Source of the DNA: Eledone cirrhosa
Lineage: Eukaryota
Reading direction: 5' to 3'
Assembly: GCA_964016885.1 (NCBI GenBank)
Contig: OZ024742.1
Location: 258,726,001-258,790,000 of the forward strand
DNA length: 64,000 nt
Shown here: piece after piece, positions 45,962 through 62,032 of the stretch
Position numbering within the stretch: position 1 is the stretch's first letter
How the letters are laid out: the number at the start of each line of letters is the position of its first letter
Made by a program: the position numbers and the translations under genes
Notes under the pieces: model-generated
Seen by the model: only the letters and a program-made list of their open reading frames with translations
The model's database searches: none
What the model was told of the DNA's origin: nothing

Positions 45962-48098
45962 TGTTATACTTGGGGAGGGTCATATTTGTGTAATATTGCC
46001 AAAATTAATAACAGAACACACTCACTGTTTGGTTGGTTTTCGCTTCTCGCTTCTCTGTCTTTTATATCGGTAATCTAACTTACTCGGTCAAAAATAATAC
46101 AGATACAATATAGACACAAACACATATATATACTTTATCATAAATCTTTCGTTGCACATCTGCAACATCGTCAGTGATGTTATATTTTCCTCCTGTTGTA
46201 TTGTATGTCTACGCCATTTTTATTCAGTCTGTCTATATATTTATTTCTTTATTTGCTTGTTTGTTTATTTTATTTTGTCTTCTTTGCCATGCGTTTGTGT
46301 GTGTGTATAGTGTTTTGTTTGCTGTGTGGTGGGTGACTAGTGTGTGTTTATGTGCTTGTTGTTATTGTGCTTGTGTATGTATTTATTTATTTATTTATTT
46401 TATTGAATTTACTTATTTATACTCTCTTAGGTCAGTGTTGTTTGTTTGGGTGTTGTTATTCCATTCATTCTTTCTGTTTAGCCTTGGTCTTCTAATTTCT
46501 ATTTCACTGGCCTCTCTGATTTGCCTATCTGCTGGGTCATTTAAATGTTTAGATATTATTCTAATTTCTATGTTGTCTATGTTACCGTCATGTTGTTGTC
46601 TAGCATGTTCGTATAGTACTGACCCGTTTTTTCGTCCTTTTAGTTCCCCCCAGTGTTGGTATATCCTTTCACCTATGCTACGAGCTGTCTCACCTATGTA
46701 TGTTGTTGTCATGTTTCTGCAAGTACCCTCTGTACATCTTATGCTATAGACTACGTTTCTAGTTTTACAGTTTATCCGGGGGTTCACCTTACATATGATA
46801 CATTTCCTATTGGTACAGTGGGTTTTCTTAAAAGGGTAGGTTTTGCTGATCAGGGATTTTATGGTGGTTCCTGGCTTTTCTACCACCTTTATTTTTAAGT
46901 GGGTCTTTCTCAGGGCCTTTCTACACTGGTTAGCTAATGTCCCTCCAGGGGTAGCGTCCACAAACATGACACTCTGGTATCTCTGGTTGTCGTACCATGA
47001 GGTGGCTTTCCCTATCTTATGCCTAGCCCTATCTAAGCTATTCCATGATTTGCTCCTGTATAATGGGCAAATTCCTTTCATGTCCAGTTTTATGAGGGTC
47101 TTATGCTTTTCCAAGGCTCCTTCGTATACTCTGACTCTGTCTCTTTGGTTGTAGCCAGAGAACTGCATGCGGTTGATGAAGTGTTGGATGTGTCTTTCCA
47201 TTTCTGTTGGGTCGCACATGCGGGACACATTCTTCATCACTCGTACCAAATCTGCGATCAGAATATTAAACTTAGCACTACTGGACATTGCTGAGTTTTT
47301 GAGTATCAGGTATTTGGAGGCCATGGGTTTAGCATAGTGTGAGTGGAGAATTTGGGCTCTCTCGTCTATAGTGTTAATCCAGAGTTCTGTGTCTAATACA
47401 CGTAGTCTATTGTTAGGGTGTTTGGAAGGGATGTCGATAGTTACAGTTATACTCTGGTGTATGGAATTAGCTATCTGCTGGATGCTTTCCATCGTGCTAC
47501 GTTCTAAATCAAACTTGTTAGTGCTCTCTAGTTGGGGTGTTCTTATAACTATATTGATATCGTCTACATAACGAGAGTACATGATGAGGTCTATGGAGCT
47601 CTCATTAAGGATATCTTTAAGTCTCCTTTCCCACCATACCATGAAAAGGTTGGCAACATCACCAGCTATGCTGACGCCGATGGCTGCTCCCTCATTTGGG
47701 TGTAGATATTCTCGTTGAACTTAAATATGTGGCCCTTTAGGGTAGTTTTGATACTAGCCCCTATTGCATGTGCGACCATTTTTCTTACCTGATCATTGTT
47801 TTGGGGGGTCCGTATAGCTTTGGTCCACCCAATCCACCTTCCCACGGGAGTCTTTTTTGCCATTGAGGTTATGGTGGGGGTCTACCTCTTATAGGTCTAC
47901 TAGGGCAGAAACATCTAAGGTCATGGCTATCTAGGTAGTCAGTGTCGTAGGTAAGTCTAAGTAGGAGGCCCAGTTCGTCTGTGTCGACGTCGCAGAACTC
48001 CACCTCACTCTCAATGATCATCTCCACACATCTTTTCACAGCAAAATCAATGTTTTGTTGCACTCACTGATTCTGCTGAGGAGGTCCTCTGTACTGTC
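45961..48098 (-). mobile_element. 5'-truncated PLE (Neptune/Nematis-type), RT + GIY-YIG + pLTR
   Basis: ORF 46413-47642 with YSRYVDD, LDTELW, CTNRKCIIC, YIGET; frameshifted upstream RT 47666-48063; bounded by (TA)n. Confidence 0.93.
46137..46178 (-). ncRNA. Minimal hammerhead in PLE pLTR
   Basis: ATCA-CTGACGA-tGTTGCAgatgTGCAAC-GAAA-GATT-TA-TGAT. Confidence 0.8.
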
Positions 48099-48196
48099 AC
48101 ATATATATATGTATGTATGTTTGTGTATATATATATATATGTAATGTGTATATATGTATCCATATAAAAATGTATATATATATATATATATATACA

Positions 48197-48232
<36 letters not shown>

Positions 48233-48446
48233 TATTTGTATATATATATGTAATATGTATGTATATATATATATATATATGTGTGTATGTTTGTGTATAT
48301 ATATATATATGTAATATGTATATATGTATCCATATAAATATGTATATATATATATATACATATATATATATGTATGTATGTATGTATATTTGTATATATA
48401 TATATGTAATATGTATGTATATATATATATATATATATACATATAC

Positions 48447-48491
<45 letters not shown>

Positions 48492-48492
48492 C

Positions 48493-48542
<50 letters not shown>

Positions 48543-48557
48543 GCACATATATATATT

Positions 48558-49177
<620 letters not shown>

Positions 49178-49238
49178 CCTAACTCGTCCCATGGACTGAG
49201 TGGTCTACCACTACCGATATTGCCTTCCGGTGTTAACC

Positions 49239-49308
<70 letters not shown>

Positions 49309-49916
49309 CACTGTTTTGTATAGCATCCTTACATCCCTTTCCTTATATATATATATACCGCCATTAAAACAACGCTCATGTCGGTTTTCACTGCCCTTCT
49401 TTACCCCTTCCCTATTTTCTTATTAATTAATTTGCTTTTATCTTCCTTTCTCGTCATTGTATGATGTTTTTTTTATATTTGTAATGTTAAGTATATAACT
49501 GTGAATAATAAAATACTTTTATATCCACTTAAAAATATGATTAACTTCCAGTTGATTAATTTAATAACCGGGTGGTTGTTTATTTGTTTATTCTCAAAGG
49601 TCTTTCCTCACACATTCTGTGATATCTTCAGTAATTAATTTGTGGTTTTCTCCTGTCCTACACCATCTTGTTTTTATGAGGTGTACACATCTTACACAAA
49701 ATGTGTGACAAAACAGCTTTGACAATAAACAAATAAACAGCCAGTCGGTTATTAAACTAACGAATTGGATGTTTACAATAAATTGAAGTGAAAACTAACA
49801 GGTGCAGCGTGTTTTTATCGGCAGCATGATCCACCCAAATTATAACAATATATGTTTTAACACACGTTTTCAGATAAGCAATTTTGCACAACAAATACAA
49901 AAACAAAGTATATATG

Positions 49917-49948
<32 letters not shown>

Positions 49949-49954
49949 TATACA

Positions 49955-50403
49955 GATAAATCTACCAATCAATGGTAGGGTCTAAACCGTATGAAGAACT
50001 CAATGTAATCCGTATATTGAAGATGTCGTGAAGCAAAGTTTAAAATACAAAATGTTCAACGATATAATTCATTGGATACAGAGTCAAAAATAGAAATATT
50101 AAAACAATGTTAATTAAACAAAAACGGTTAATTCATAATAAAACTCATTATTTTACGATCGTTTCTGGGGGGAGGGGGTAGTTCCCCGTACGTCGATTCT
50201 ATGTAACCCGCCGTCATCTGTGGTTTATGTTTTAGGAATGCACCGTATACAGTGTGTAGTTATGCAAGACGTCACCCCTTTCAGAAAATTTATCAATATC
50301 CATCAAATATAAATTTATAAATATCACAGGTGAGGAGATATAGAAAGATTTCATATTATTCAAAATAGGTAATCATATATATATTTATATATATATGATT
50401 ACC

Positions 50404-50438
<35 letters not shown>

Positions 50439-50707
50439 ATATATATGATTACTTATTTTGAATAATATGAAATCTTTCTATATCTCCTCACCTGTGATAT
50501 TTATAAATTTTTATTTGATGAATATTGATAAATTTTCTGAAAGGGGTGACGTCTTGCATAACTACACACTGTATACGGTGCATTCCTAAAACATAAACCA
50601 CAGATGACGGCGGGTTACATAGAATCGACGTACGGGGTGACGTCTTGCATAACTACACACTGTATACGGTGCATTCCTAAAATATAAACCACAGATGACG
50701 GCGGGTT
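49955..50707. mobile_element. Family B-related element with inverted and tandem duplications
   Basis: ~50185-50380 inverted relative to ~50443-50637; 50544-50617 repeated at ~50634-50707; GAAA-CGATCG-TA on minus strand. Confidence 0.75.
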
Positions 50708-51199
50708 GGCGTAGTCGTTAGAAGGTTGGATGATATGTATCTTTGCTGTTTGAGCCACTGAGCTACAAGATTATTTACGTATACAATGTATAGTCCTTCC
50801 AGTGGCAGACATTTTGACACTGCTTGTTACTTTTATCTTTCGGTACTTTGAATTCAATTCCAACAGAGGTCGACTTTACTTTTTAGCATTTCAATATCTA
50901 TAAAATATGTACGAGCCCATTACCAGAGATAATTCTTCCTCTATCTAGCTTTATTTATCTCTGACGTACAATTTCTCTCCCCTTCCCTCTTTCTCCTCTC
51001 TCTATCTCTCTCTTATGCTGAATAAGCTTGCCATATGCTCTTCAAAGAGAATTACATCGGTACCCTTGCGTGTTATTTAATGAAAGAGATATAAAAATAA
51101 ATTTGCACTCCATTAAATAAAGTACAATTACAACTCGATTAGGAATCTAGACTCATGGATGGAAACTACTGTTGTAGATTCCTTCAATCATTGTGAACA

Positions 51200-51480
51200 T
51201 TGTTGAGAATGTTGTTTTGTTTGGAGCCTGCCTCAATGGGAATTGGACATCGACAGTACTATCAGACTACTACTCATCAAAGAACACCTCAACACACGTG
51301 CATCATTCTTTAGGAAACACGTATATAAGTGGATATACAAAAATACAGATATGCCAGTTACTATCGAAACCAAGAAAAGGATAAGCAGCAATCTCAGTAT
51401 AACGGAATATATACTAATAACCAAACTGAAACCACAAATCATTAATGGACTAATATTAAATAATCTGTGGCTACCATAAA
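51200..51480 (+). pseudogene. Old PLE GIY-YIG remnant
   Basis: IKEHL...RKH...LSITEYILITKLKPQIIN resembles the PLE endonuclease C-terminus. Confidence 0.5.
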
Positions 51481-54400
51481 CATACACAGTACGACAGATC
51501 GTTTCATTTCAAGCATGATATATTTATTCATTTTTCCTTACTTCTTTATTTATCGAAATAAAGAACAATAAGTAAACATATTCCAAATAGTATTGATTGT
51601 GATACTATGTATACCTATGGTAGGAACTGGGTCGAAATGTTATAAAGATAAGTTAAATCAGTACGTAGGTTAGACCACATACGATTAATCCATTCACCAC
51701 TTCCAGCATTGAACGAAAAAGATACTCAATTTAACATGTGGCAGCTCATAAAATGTACAGTTCTAAATTAGTTTCATCTATCAATCTTTTGGCAAAAGGA
51801 TTTTACCCTGAAATGTAAGCACCTATACAGGTAAGATCGCAACATCGTTGTTATCGTTACAATTCGAACATTTCTTGTCGAATTCACGTTGTTGAATCCT
51901 TCGAAATACTGTTCTATATCGGTGAACATTTTTTAAAGTGGAGAATATTCATAACAAAGGTTTGGTAAGGAGGAAAATGAAAGGCAATAAACGTGCCTAT
52001 AATTTCTTATACGTACGTATGAATATGTCACACTTCTAATATTTGGGAGTTGATTATCTGCTATAGCGTTTATCAATGTTTTAGACAACCACACATATTT
52101 GGAGAATATATTTTGTCCCTCAAATATCGAAAAATATATTTTGTCGCTCAAATATCGAAAACTGAACTTTGAAATGTATTTATATTTTTCTTAATTTTCT
52201 TTAAGCCTTTATCTAAAACATAAATTGCGACATTTTCTTTCACGTTTCTTCCCTCAGAATCTTTTGTCTTCTAACGACCCCATAGTGTCTCATTGCCTTG
52301 CAAAGTTTCTCAGGAATTAGTCAGTATCCCATAGTGATATTATAATTTCAATTTAGGAATCCTTCAACTAGTATATCTATATTTTTCGATATTAATACTT
52401 TCAATGCGATCAATACTTATTAGCTGATAACGGTATTGTTTAAAACTCATCGTTCTCTTTGAGCGTACGAATTATAAGAGTTATCAAGTTTATTGATATA
52501 ACGTAGGCGGTTTGTTTAGATTCTATTATACACATAGCTACAATTATTTAAAACTAACTTTAGGAAAATAAGGAAACCAAATGTATATTTAAAAGGAAAA
52601 ATGGGAAAAATATTCTAGCATGAGGCTGTCAAATTCAGCATACTTCTTCCGTATTGTAACCGATATTTTCAACCAACGACTCCAGGAAATGTAAAGTCAG
52701 GGTTACCAAATTTAAATACACTATAAACTTTGACCAAACCTTGGAATCAGAGTAGCTCAATAACAGATAATGAAAGCAGAATATCGGAAGGGGCCTAAAC
52801 ATTATGTATATAATTTAGTGTTCGAACAGTTCTGATTCAGTTCATGAACAAAGTAATCTTGAGTTAAAGCGGGTATTACACGAAATGAGATACAATCTGT
52901 GGGAAATGAATGTTATAAACTTAGAGAGTATGCAGGTCCATGGCTTTGTTCTTAGTTTGTTCATCTGACAATCGCAAACGTGTAAGTTCGTTTGCCGGTC
53001 GCGATATTTTACCCGGATGAAGAAAACCTAATTTTGTGGTGACCTAGATGGCAAATATGAGCCATAGCTGTACTTCAAAAGAACAGTTTTATCACACACT
53101 GTATGACGCTAAATATGCCTAAGGGGTTCGTTAAGATTACACGTTAATGTACAATGATGAGCCAGATAAACCTTAATTTTATGGGCCAATGGCTTCCTTG
53201 TTCAAAGAACTGGAACACGAGCTATCTAAAACTACAGATATCCAACGCACTCACATATATGTAGGAAGTGATGGTGGATTTGTTTATCTATAAATGTTGA
53301 CAAGGTTAATAACCGAAATCAAATCAATATCTTTTATATTTACGTAAACATTGAAATATCCTCATCCCCGTATTAGTAAAAAAAACAACAACAAATTTCC
53401 CCTGTAAAATATGGGAGGTTAAAGAATTTCATGAAGCCGATATCGCAAATATTGTAATAATGAATTAAAAATCTATACTCTTATCGTATTATCGATCAGC
53501 TAAAAAATATACTATAATATTTTATATTGTATTAATTGGGTGATATTAAAAAGACATAATTTAGTCTGTTGGACCGATTGGTACAATGCTTATTTGTATG
53601 TGATACATTCAAAATTTCTTTCAATAAAAAAAAAATACGATTAAATTCGAATTCATAATTTTTAGTTGATTTCAAGATTAAAAAATATAGATGTTGAGAC
53701 GAATTGGATTAGAATTATGACAATGAGGATACATATGGCGGCATGACTATCTATTCGAGAGCACAAACTCGCTTACGAGAATATGACCAAACCCTTGATG
53801 GTATGAACACACATGAGGATATGTAGACGCGCATAAAATCATGACCACACGAAAGAGGGAATGGCTTCTTTAATAATGGTATGACGACACAAGATTCTGT
53901 GACGAACATCATCTTCGAATTATTATCCTCATGAGAGAATGGATACACTCATGTGGGCACGGTCACCGACATAAAGTCAGGACTACTTCCATGACTTCCT
54001 ACCCGGTCCTGAACACTTCACGTGATATTTCACGTCAGTAGGCTTTACGTTGATTACATTATATTTCAATTACAACATTGAAGATATGTAAGGACTTTCA
54101 TTGTTTGTCATAAACCTCCTGCTTTGATGTCAACAATCGAGTAAGTTTTGTGGACGAGAGAAGGAGAGTATCCACAAAGCTTTTCAGGGTTTCTCTGACT
54201 GGTTTGAGGAGGAACAAAAGCTGTAACCAGAAACATGGACCAATTTCTTGAGAGAGATGTGACCCGGTTAAACAATCTCAAGGCCCAAGAGGGATAGTTA
54301 AAGTTGGGTTGCTGGATTGAGACAATGCAGAAATGCACATATGACATTGTAATATGTTTACATGCAATTTGTTATGTATAAGGAGGGAGTCTTATAAAGC

Positions 54401-54622
54401 ACGAATAATCTATTGTATTCTGATAATTTGCAGTCTGGACCGCGCATCGATCTAACGTGAATTGCCTGCGGTTTGAAAATATCTTCTGCCCATGTTTACT
54501 TGTGCAATCATTTTCCTTTTCTGTATTATCTCATTCAAACTGATCCGTTTGAAGTAAAATAAATTGTTCTCAGAAATGGTGTATTAACTGCTGTGGAATT
54601 ACTTCTTCACACACACACACAT

Positions 54623-54653
<31 letters not shown>

Positions 54654-55677
54654 ATATAAGCAAATCAATGAATGAAGGAGTTACAAGCTGTTGACACATG
54701 TTCTTTATATAACTCTTACACATGTTTCGCCCACACGGGCTCCTCATTAATAGTCGGGCTGAAACGGTCATTAATTGCAACTATAACGCTCGTTCTGCAA
54801 GTGGTCTCTAGAACAGTAATAACATCCTATCCCCGCAGCTATCTACATCACACCATGTTTTAGTCCACCTGCATTAAGTAGGCATAAGTATAGTGTTTAA
54901 TGACGCTATTAACCAGCCTCCTCATTTTTACTGAGGCACTGCCCATCACCTATTGAGTTAGGCTCACACTGCTAAATCATCCCCTTAGCTGGGATATACT
55001 AAACAAATGTTAAGGTACTGATGACGGACATTCCTGTTTCTCAGTCTATTTTTATTCATATGTTCATATTCAAACAACGCAGCACGCCATTTTTCATTCA
55101 CATATATATTTTCCCTTCGCTGTGGTTCGTATTCTTTCTGTCACCTTACTGCTATCCTCTTTCTCTCTTCCTCTTCTCTCTCCTTCACCTCTTGCTTTCC
55201 TCCACTCCCGCTGCTGGTCACTCGCTATCGGCCGGGCCCTTCCTCACACTTTCACTCACTCACTATCTGCTACTCCTCCTCTCTCACTTCCTCCCGTCTG
55301 ACCTGCGCGGACGCGTCAGTTTCTTCTCGTCACTTGATTTCTTGGACTTAAGCCCACAAAATTCATTGACGTGCTCTCTTTTCCTCTCTTTACGTTGCAT
55401 TACTACCATGTTTTTTTTTTCATTTCCTCTGTTTTCTTCTGTCCCGAAAACTTAATTTAGTTATCGCTCGCACTGATTTTAGGTATGTAGTCTTTAATGC
55501 GAAGAAATACCAATGATAATCAGCAGGCTACTGATGACGGACATTCCTGTTTCTCGGTCTATTTCTATTCATATATATATATATAACCAAAGATTAATAT
55601 GGTTGGTTGATTACTCAATGAATACAATTTTACAATAGATTAAAAGCACTCAACAGTAACGTTTTCCGGGAGGTTTT

Positions 55678-56009
55678 ATTATTCAAAATATTAACAAATG
55701 AAGGATATTCACAAAATCAAAATATATGCCTTATTATATATATTCAAAGGTACTGTATTATTTTTTCAGTACGTCTTCATCAGATAAAATATATGATTTG
55801 ATATATGACATACCGCTACGGTCTGGATTATACAATTCCAGTATTGGCAGTGGAATTGTATAATCAAGACCGCAGCGGTATGTCATATATCAAATCATAT
55901 ATTTTATCTGATGAAGACGTACTGAATAAACAACACAGCACCTTTCAAATATATATAATAAAGCATATTTTTTTGATTATATGAATATCCTTCATTTGTT
56001 AATATTTTG

Positions 56010-56015
<6 letters not shown>
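55678..56015. repeat. Fold-back palindrome with a degenerate HHR in each arm (family E)
   Basis: ~160-nt arms centred near 55845; TTTTAT-CTGATGA-AGACGTACTG...; GAAA mutated in both arms. Confidence 0.88.
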
Positions 56016-56108
<93 letters not shown>

Positions 56109-57980
56109 TTAGTACACATTAAAGTTTCGGCAAATCATTTCAGCTTTCACCCTTTACGGGATCATCTGAAACTGAGGATAATCAATCTGTAGACGCAGAA
56201 GTAAACATTTCAATAAACGTTACAACCAAAAGTGGTGAAGATATTCTGTCGGAATGAGTGTAAAATATGCAAGGATAATTACGTTATTACATGGAGAGCG
56301 AGAAGAAAAATTTCTTGCTATGAAAAAAGCATTTTTCCTATGAAACAATTACCTGATATTTGCACTCCGTTTTTATATATACTTTTATACATATATACAA
56401 TGTGTGTGTGAGTGTGTGTGTGTGTGTGTATGTATGTGTATGTTTGTGTGTGTGTGAGCGCGCGTGTGTCTCCTGGGTTCAATCGGCGGTAACCACAGTA
56501 AGAAGGTACTCAATAAATAGCGGAGTATAAATGTTTAATATAGAAATGGCTTCTACAGCACTAGAGCTGTTTCATTCGAAGGAAATCATTAGGCTCACCA
56601 AGAAACCTTCATCAGCTGTAAATCGCAGATCATAGATGTTTCGGATATATAAATATATATATATATATGTGTGCGTGTGTGTGTATGTCTATGTGTGTGT
56701 GAGTGTATATACATATATATATATGTGTGTGTGTGTGTATACATATATATGTATGCGTGTGTATGTGCATGCATGGTTCCGTAACTCCTGATAGAGTCGA
56801 GAGGGCACGGTAGTATCATACTGTGTTTCGAATATATTTTACGTTTCTCTCAAGGTCTGAATACATCGAATTATTTCCAGAGATAGTGAAAGAGTGGAAG
56901 TGTGATAAAGATATAGAAGAGGAACTTGCCCCGAAATTATACTGATACATTTTTGTTATCGAATTCGAAATAATGAAAGGCAAAGTTGACTTTGGTGGTA
57001 TTTGAACTCAGAGGGTAGAGAGAATTTTCGGGATTGTATATAACAACAGCCACTTCTCTTATGTAACAAACTTGATTAAGTTCTGATCCAATCACTAATA
57101 ATGGGAAATTTGATCATGTTACTTAATTCCACAAGCTGCTTGAATGTTTTCAAAATTATTTCAAAATCATAAGAAATATATACCATAAGAAATATAGTAG
57201 CGAATAGCTTAAAAATTATATATATCATCATGATAGTTATGTTTCTTTTTTCTATTTGCGTCTCTGCAAAACTATGTTGGTTAGGCAACATTCCATATAC
57301 TATAGAATGTAACATTAATGGACTGACATCAGGTATATCTTCGATAAGTGTATCGTGTACAGTAATTAACAACGTTCAATTCGGAATATCGACGGATATT
57401 GCATCAGATAAGAAATTTCATATTGAATCCTTTATACCATATATATCTGTCCATATATATTTCCAATTATATTTGTCTTACGGAGTCTGATATAGTTGTG
57501 ATACATCTTAATACCATACATTGTATATAAGTTACACAGCATTCCTTCATAGAAATATATTTTTTTAATGTCATTATATAGACATCATACATAATGAAGT
57601 TAACTTGCGTATCATGTATAGATTTCTAGGTGTACATGAAATAGGTTTCTATTAGTTTTATGCTTCATGGAAAGATTACATTAACAATTCTGAAACGGAA
57701 TCATGTAGAATTATATCAAAGTATATATTTTATGCCTTTACAATTTATATCTATATAATCGATGTATTAATATTCTTCACTATTCAATAACATATATCTA
57801 CTGATGCGATCATCAGACATTTTGTAACTGCATTCAATAACCCATGAGATAAAGTAGATAACATTCATGCACATATGATAATATTCGCATGTATTTTGGG
57901 GTTTTCTTTTGTTTTTTCGAATAATACATTTTTCTGCAACAACAGCATGTGCGAATGTAATGTTGAATCATATACGTTTG

Positions 57981-58018
<38 letters not shown>

Positions 58019-58149
58019 CAATTATTTTTCCCACATCTTACGTTAACTATTTTCCCATGTTGACGCTATAGTCACTTATATATATTATGAAATACTGTGT
58101 GCTTCTTGCTCATAATAATTTCTATACTTTTCATTTATATATATATACA

Positions 58150-58428
58150 TATTACTTCAAAATATTAATACATATAGACCTTCATGTGATCAAATATATT
58201 CCATTATACATATGTCAGAGGTACTGAGCTATTTCAACAGTACGTCCTCATCAGATAAAATAAGTTGAAGCCTGACATACCTTGACTATGTTGATGGTTA
58301 TAATTCAGTCACAACCTATTGTATCTGATGAGGACGTACTGTTCAAATAGCTCAGTACCTCTGAAATATGTATAATAGAATATATTTGATAACATGAATG
58401 TCTATATTTATTAATATTTTGAAGTAAT
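58150..58428. repeat. Fold-back palindrome, family E; intact HHR core at 58317-58382 (+)
   Basis: TATTGTAT-CTGATGA-GG..GTACTG/CAGTAC..CT-GAAA-TATGTA-TA-ATAGAATA; second hairpin 58431-58632; further copy 58961-59017 (TTGATGA). Confidence 0.85.
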
Positions 58429-59201
58429 AATAATAACTCCAGAAAACCTCACTGTAGCGTGCTTCTAATCTATTGTGAAAATTTATTCATTGATTAATTC
58501 ATTGAACCTTGTTAAACTTTAATTATATATATATACATATTTAAGAGTTAAACAAGATTCAAAGAATACATCAAAGAATTAGTTTTACAATAGATTGGAA
58601 GCACTCTACTGCTAAATTTTTCCAGAGTTATTAATATTAATTCCAAATATCTTTAATTACCTTTCATCTGTCTTCTCAAGCTAAATACTAAATAAGTTAT
58701 AACATCAGCTACTTCTTCCTCGATGCTTTCCTCTCCCTCCTATTTCTCAAGTAGTTTTTAAATATTAAAAATTCTATAACTGTTATATTGATGCCATGTA
58801 TTTCTTAAAATATATTACTCACACTCTCTCTATTGATTGTATTACGTTTTTTCATGTTCTCAATATTAGGGTATAAATATTGAGTTTTGTCATAATTTAA
58901 TCACTACCTTGATTAAATCTTAACCATCTACCATGTCAATGTATGTGATGTATCATTTTATTTTATTTGATGAGGACGTACTGTTGAACTTAATTCTGAA
59001 ATATGTATAATAAAATATAATTGATCATAAGAATATCTATTTTGTTAATATTTGGAATTAATATATATATATACATATATATATATATACATATATACAT
59101 GTATGTATATGTATATTTATATATATATATGCATATTTATATATATATATGTATATATATATGTATATATATATATATGTATAGATCTATATATCTATAT
59201 A

Positions 59202-59270
<69 letters not shown>

Positions 59271-59288
59271 GTATATATATATTTATAT

Positions 59289-59325
<37 letters not shown>

Positions 59326-59348
59326 TGTATATATGTATATATATACAT

Positions 59349-59430
<82 letters not shown>

Positions 59431-59510
59431 GTATATATATATGTATATATATATATATGTATATATATGTATATATATATATATATTTATATGTATATAT
59501 ATATTTATAT

Positions 59511-59560
<50 letters not shown>

Positions 59561-61439
59561 ATATATATATATATATATATATACATATATATGTATATGT
59601 ATATATATATATGTATATATATAAGTATGGAGAAGGAAATATATGTGTGTCTGTGTTTGTGTGTATTGCATATGTCTATGTTAATATGTAACACTTTCAT
59701 AATGCTTCTAAATAGCGAATATATCTGTGAATGCGAACATTTTTCTTACATTCACAGTCTGGAATTTTCTCATTCATTGACTGAATGTACCTATGTACAT
59801 ACATACGTACACATAGGTATGTATGGATGTATGTATATATGTATGTATGTATGAACTATATATGTGTGTGTGGGCTCTGAAAATTTCGTTGGATTACTGT
59901 CGACGTATATGCTATGGCTTAGGCATTTACACATGCCAGACGCCCATCGCCCTCCATGTCGGAACATTAATGTCTTCTTCCAGAGAAACAGAGAATGTGG
60001 ACAAGTAAGAAAGAATGGTAGAGAAAACATTGACTACCATTTTAGATAATATTTCATTCATCCACCTTGAATGGATGAAAGTTAAAATTGACCAAAGCGA
60101 TATTTGTACACAAGTGTAAGAATTCTATAAGTTGTTTAAATGAACCTAGCCTTTCGCCGCCTTAATGTATGTTTGTATGTATGTATATAGGTATGTATGT
60201 ATGCCAGGTCACTTTCCTCCATTTAACTGCTAACATTTAACCCAGTACAAACTGTACTGTTTGGGTCGTCGGTGAGTACACCGGCAACCTGACCAAGCAT
60301 GTTTGTTGAGGAGAGTGATGTTGGACACACTGTGGGATGAAAAACAAAACATGTCAAAGGGCGGAGGAACTCAGGAGTGTCAATGGTCATCCAATACATT
60401 TTTTATTTAATTTTTTTTTGTGTAGAGCGAGAGACTCCTAGTCTCCATTAAGAGTTCTCTCAAGGAGATGTCACTCTTATATGAAAACTTCAAAATCTTT
60501 TACATCAAATACTTTCGATGTGTAAAGAGTGGGTTTGTCCCCATGCGAAGCCTTTTCTCACTTGAAAAAGCTTCATGTAAAGGCAGCTCTAGATATGTGA
60601 CATTGTTTGTGATGCATGGTATATCTGGCCATAGGCAAGTCCCTAGCAGGACTAACAAGCCACGTCCGTGATGCTCGTGTTTAAGGACCAAGCGATGGCA
60701 TTACTCGAAGTAGAGTTGCAGCTATCATGTATGTATATATGTATGTATGCATGTATGTATGTATGCATGTATGTATGTATGCATGCATGTATGTATGTAT
60801 GTCCGTATGTACGTGCATATTGTTTCCCACTCTTTATGTTCTCCGTTCAATCCGATTGCGTGGTATTTGGAACAAGTGTCATGTACAAAATCCCTTTTTC
60901 GTATCAATTCTTTTTCAATGAAATTTGCTAAATATATGTGGATTGGACGCCTTCTCACACACTGTAACAACCTATATCGCTGGGTTTCATGCGTCTCTAT
61001 AATAAAATAATCCTAAATTATTCACATCATTTCTACCAACTTTATATTTTAATGTTGTTTAATAAACTATTGATTATAATCAATCCTTTCGTACTAAATT
61101 AAATAATAATCAAATTTAAAAGATAGAAACCAGCCAGGCTTTCACCGGTTTGAACTCAGATCATGTAAAATCTTAAGAATTGAACAGATTCAACTATTTA
61201 ATCCAACATCGAGGTCGCAATCTTCTTTTTTAATATGAACTCCCGAAAAAAATAACGCTATTATTCCTCTTGTACGCTTTTATTATTGTAGCAAAAGACA
61301 CGATCTGTTAGACACGCAGTGACTAACAACATAATGTTTTAAGTCTGCATGTCTGAAATATATGCATAGCTTGTGAATAGAAAATTCAAGGGGTTTCGCT
61401 GGCCTTGCTGGTCCCTGCCAAACATCTTTTGTAATGTAT

Positions 61440-61607
61440 CGTCTTATTGGCTAATTTCATCATCTTATTGGCTAATCAACCAATGAGAGTAATTATGCTC
61501 AAAAGCATCCGTCACTTTGTTTGCACGTTTATTTATCGTTTCGCTTTCGAATCTTCCTCCTGTATTTCGTCGTTTAGCATCAAAATATTTTTCTCGTTTT
61601 GGTAAGT
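61440..61607 (+). promoter_or_regulatory. Candidate promoter (3 CCAAT boxes) and short first exon with GTAAGT donor
   Basis: ATTGG 61446 and 61467, CCAAT 61480; CpG-containing pyrimidine-rich segment; G|GTAAGT at 61602, then very AT-rich sequence. Confidence 0.35.
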
Positions 61608-62032
61608 TATATTGTTAATTTATATATGAATTTTTAAAATTTATATTAACGATTTTTTTTTCGGTTCGTTATAACATGCTTATAATATTGGTTGTATCAT
61701 ATTTACTTGTATATTTGTCCATATTATTGTTCGCGTTTTATGTTAGATTATTTTTTTATTATTATATTAGACTATTTGTATGTAATATTTAATTTTTATT
61801 AATTCAACTATAACAATTATTTTGTAAAATATATTTATTTAATATTGATTGTATTTTGTAATTGTTTATATTAAAAGTCTGAAAATATTTGTATACATCT
61901 TACAATAATATTTATAAGATCATTTATAAAATAACAATTATATAATCTAATTACATTACAACGATAATTTATTATTAATATATATCATGTTTAACTAGAG
62001 TTATTAGAAGCGTTGCCTTAAAAAAATATTAA

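Noticed and set aside
53751-54347. Two short ORFs in unique, higher-GC sequence
   Set aside because: No motifs recognised
57076-57490. Hydrophobic ORFs, with in-frame TGA codons upstream on the minus strand
   Set aside because: No recognisable family; the frame closes quickly, so there is no support for a NUMT or selenoprotein
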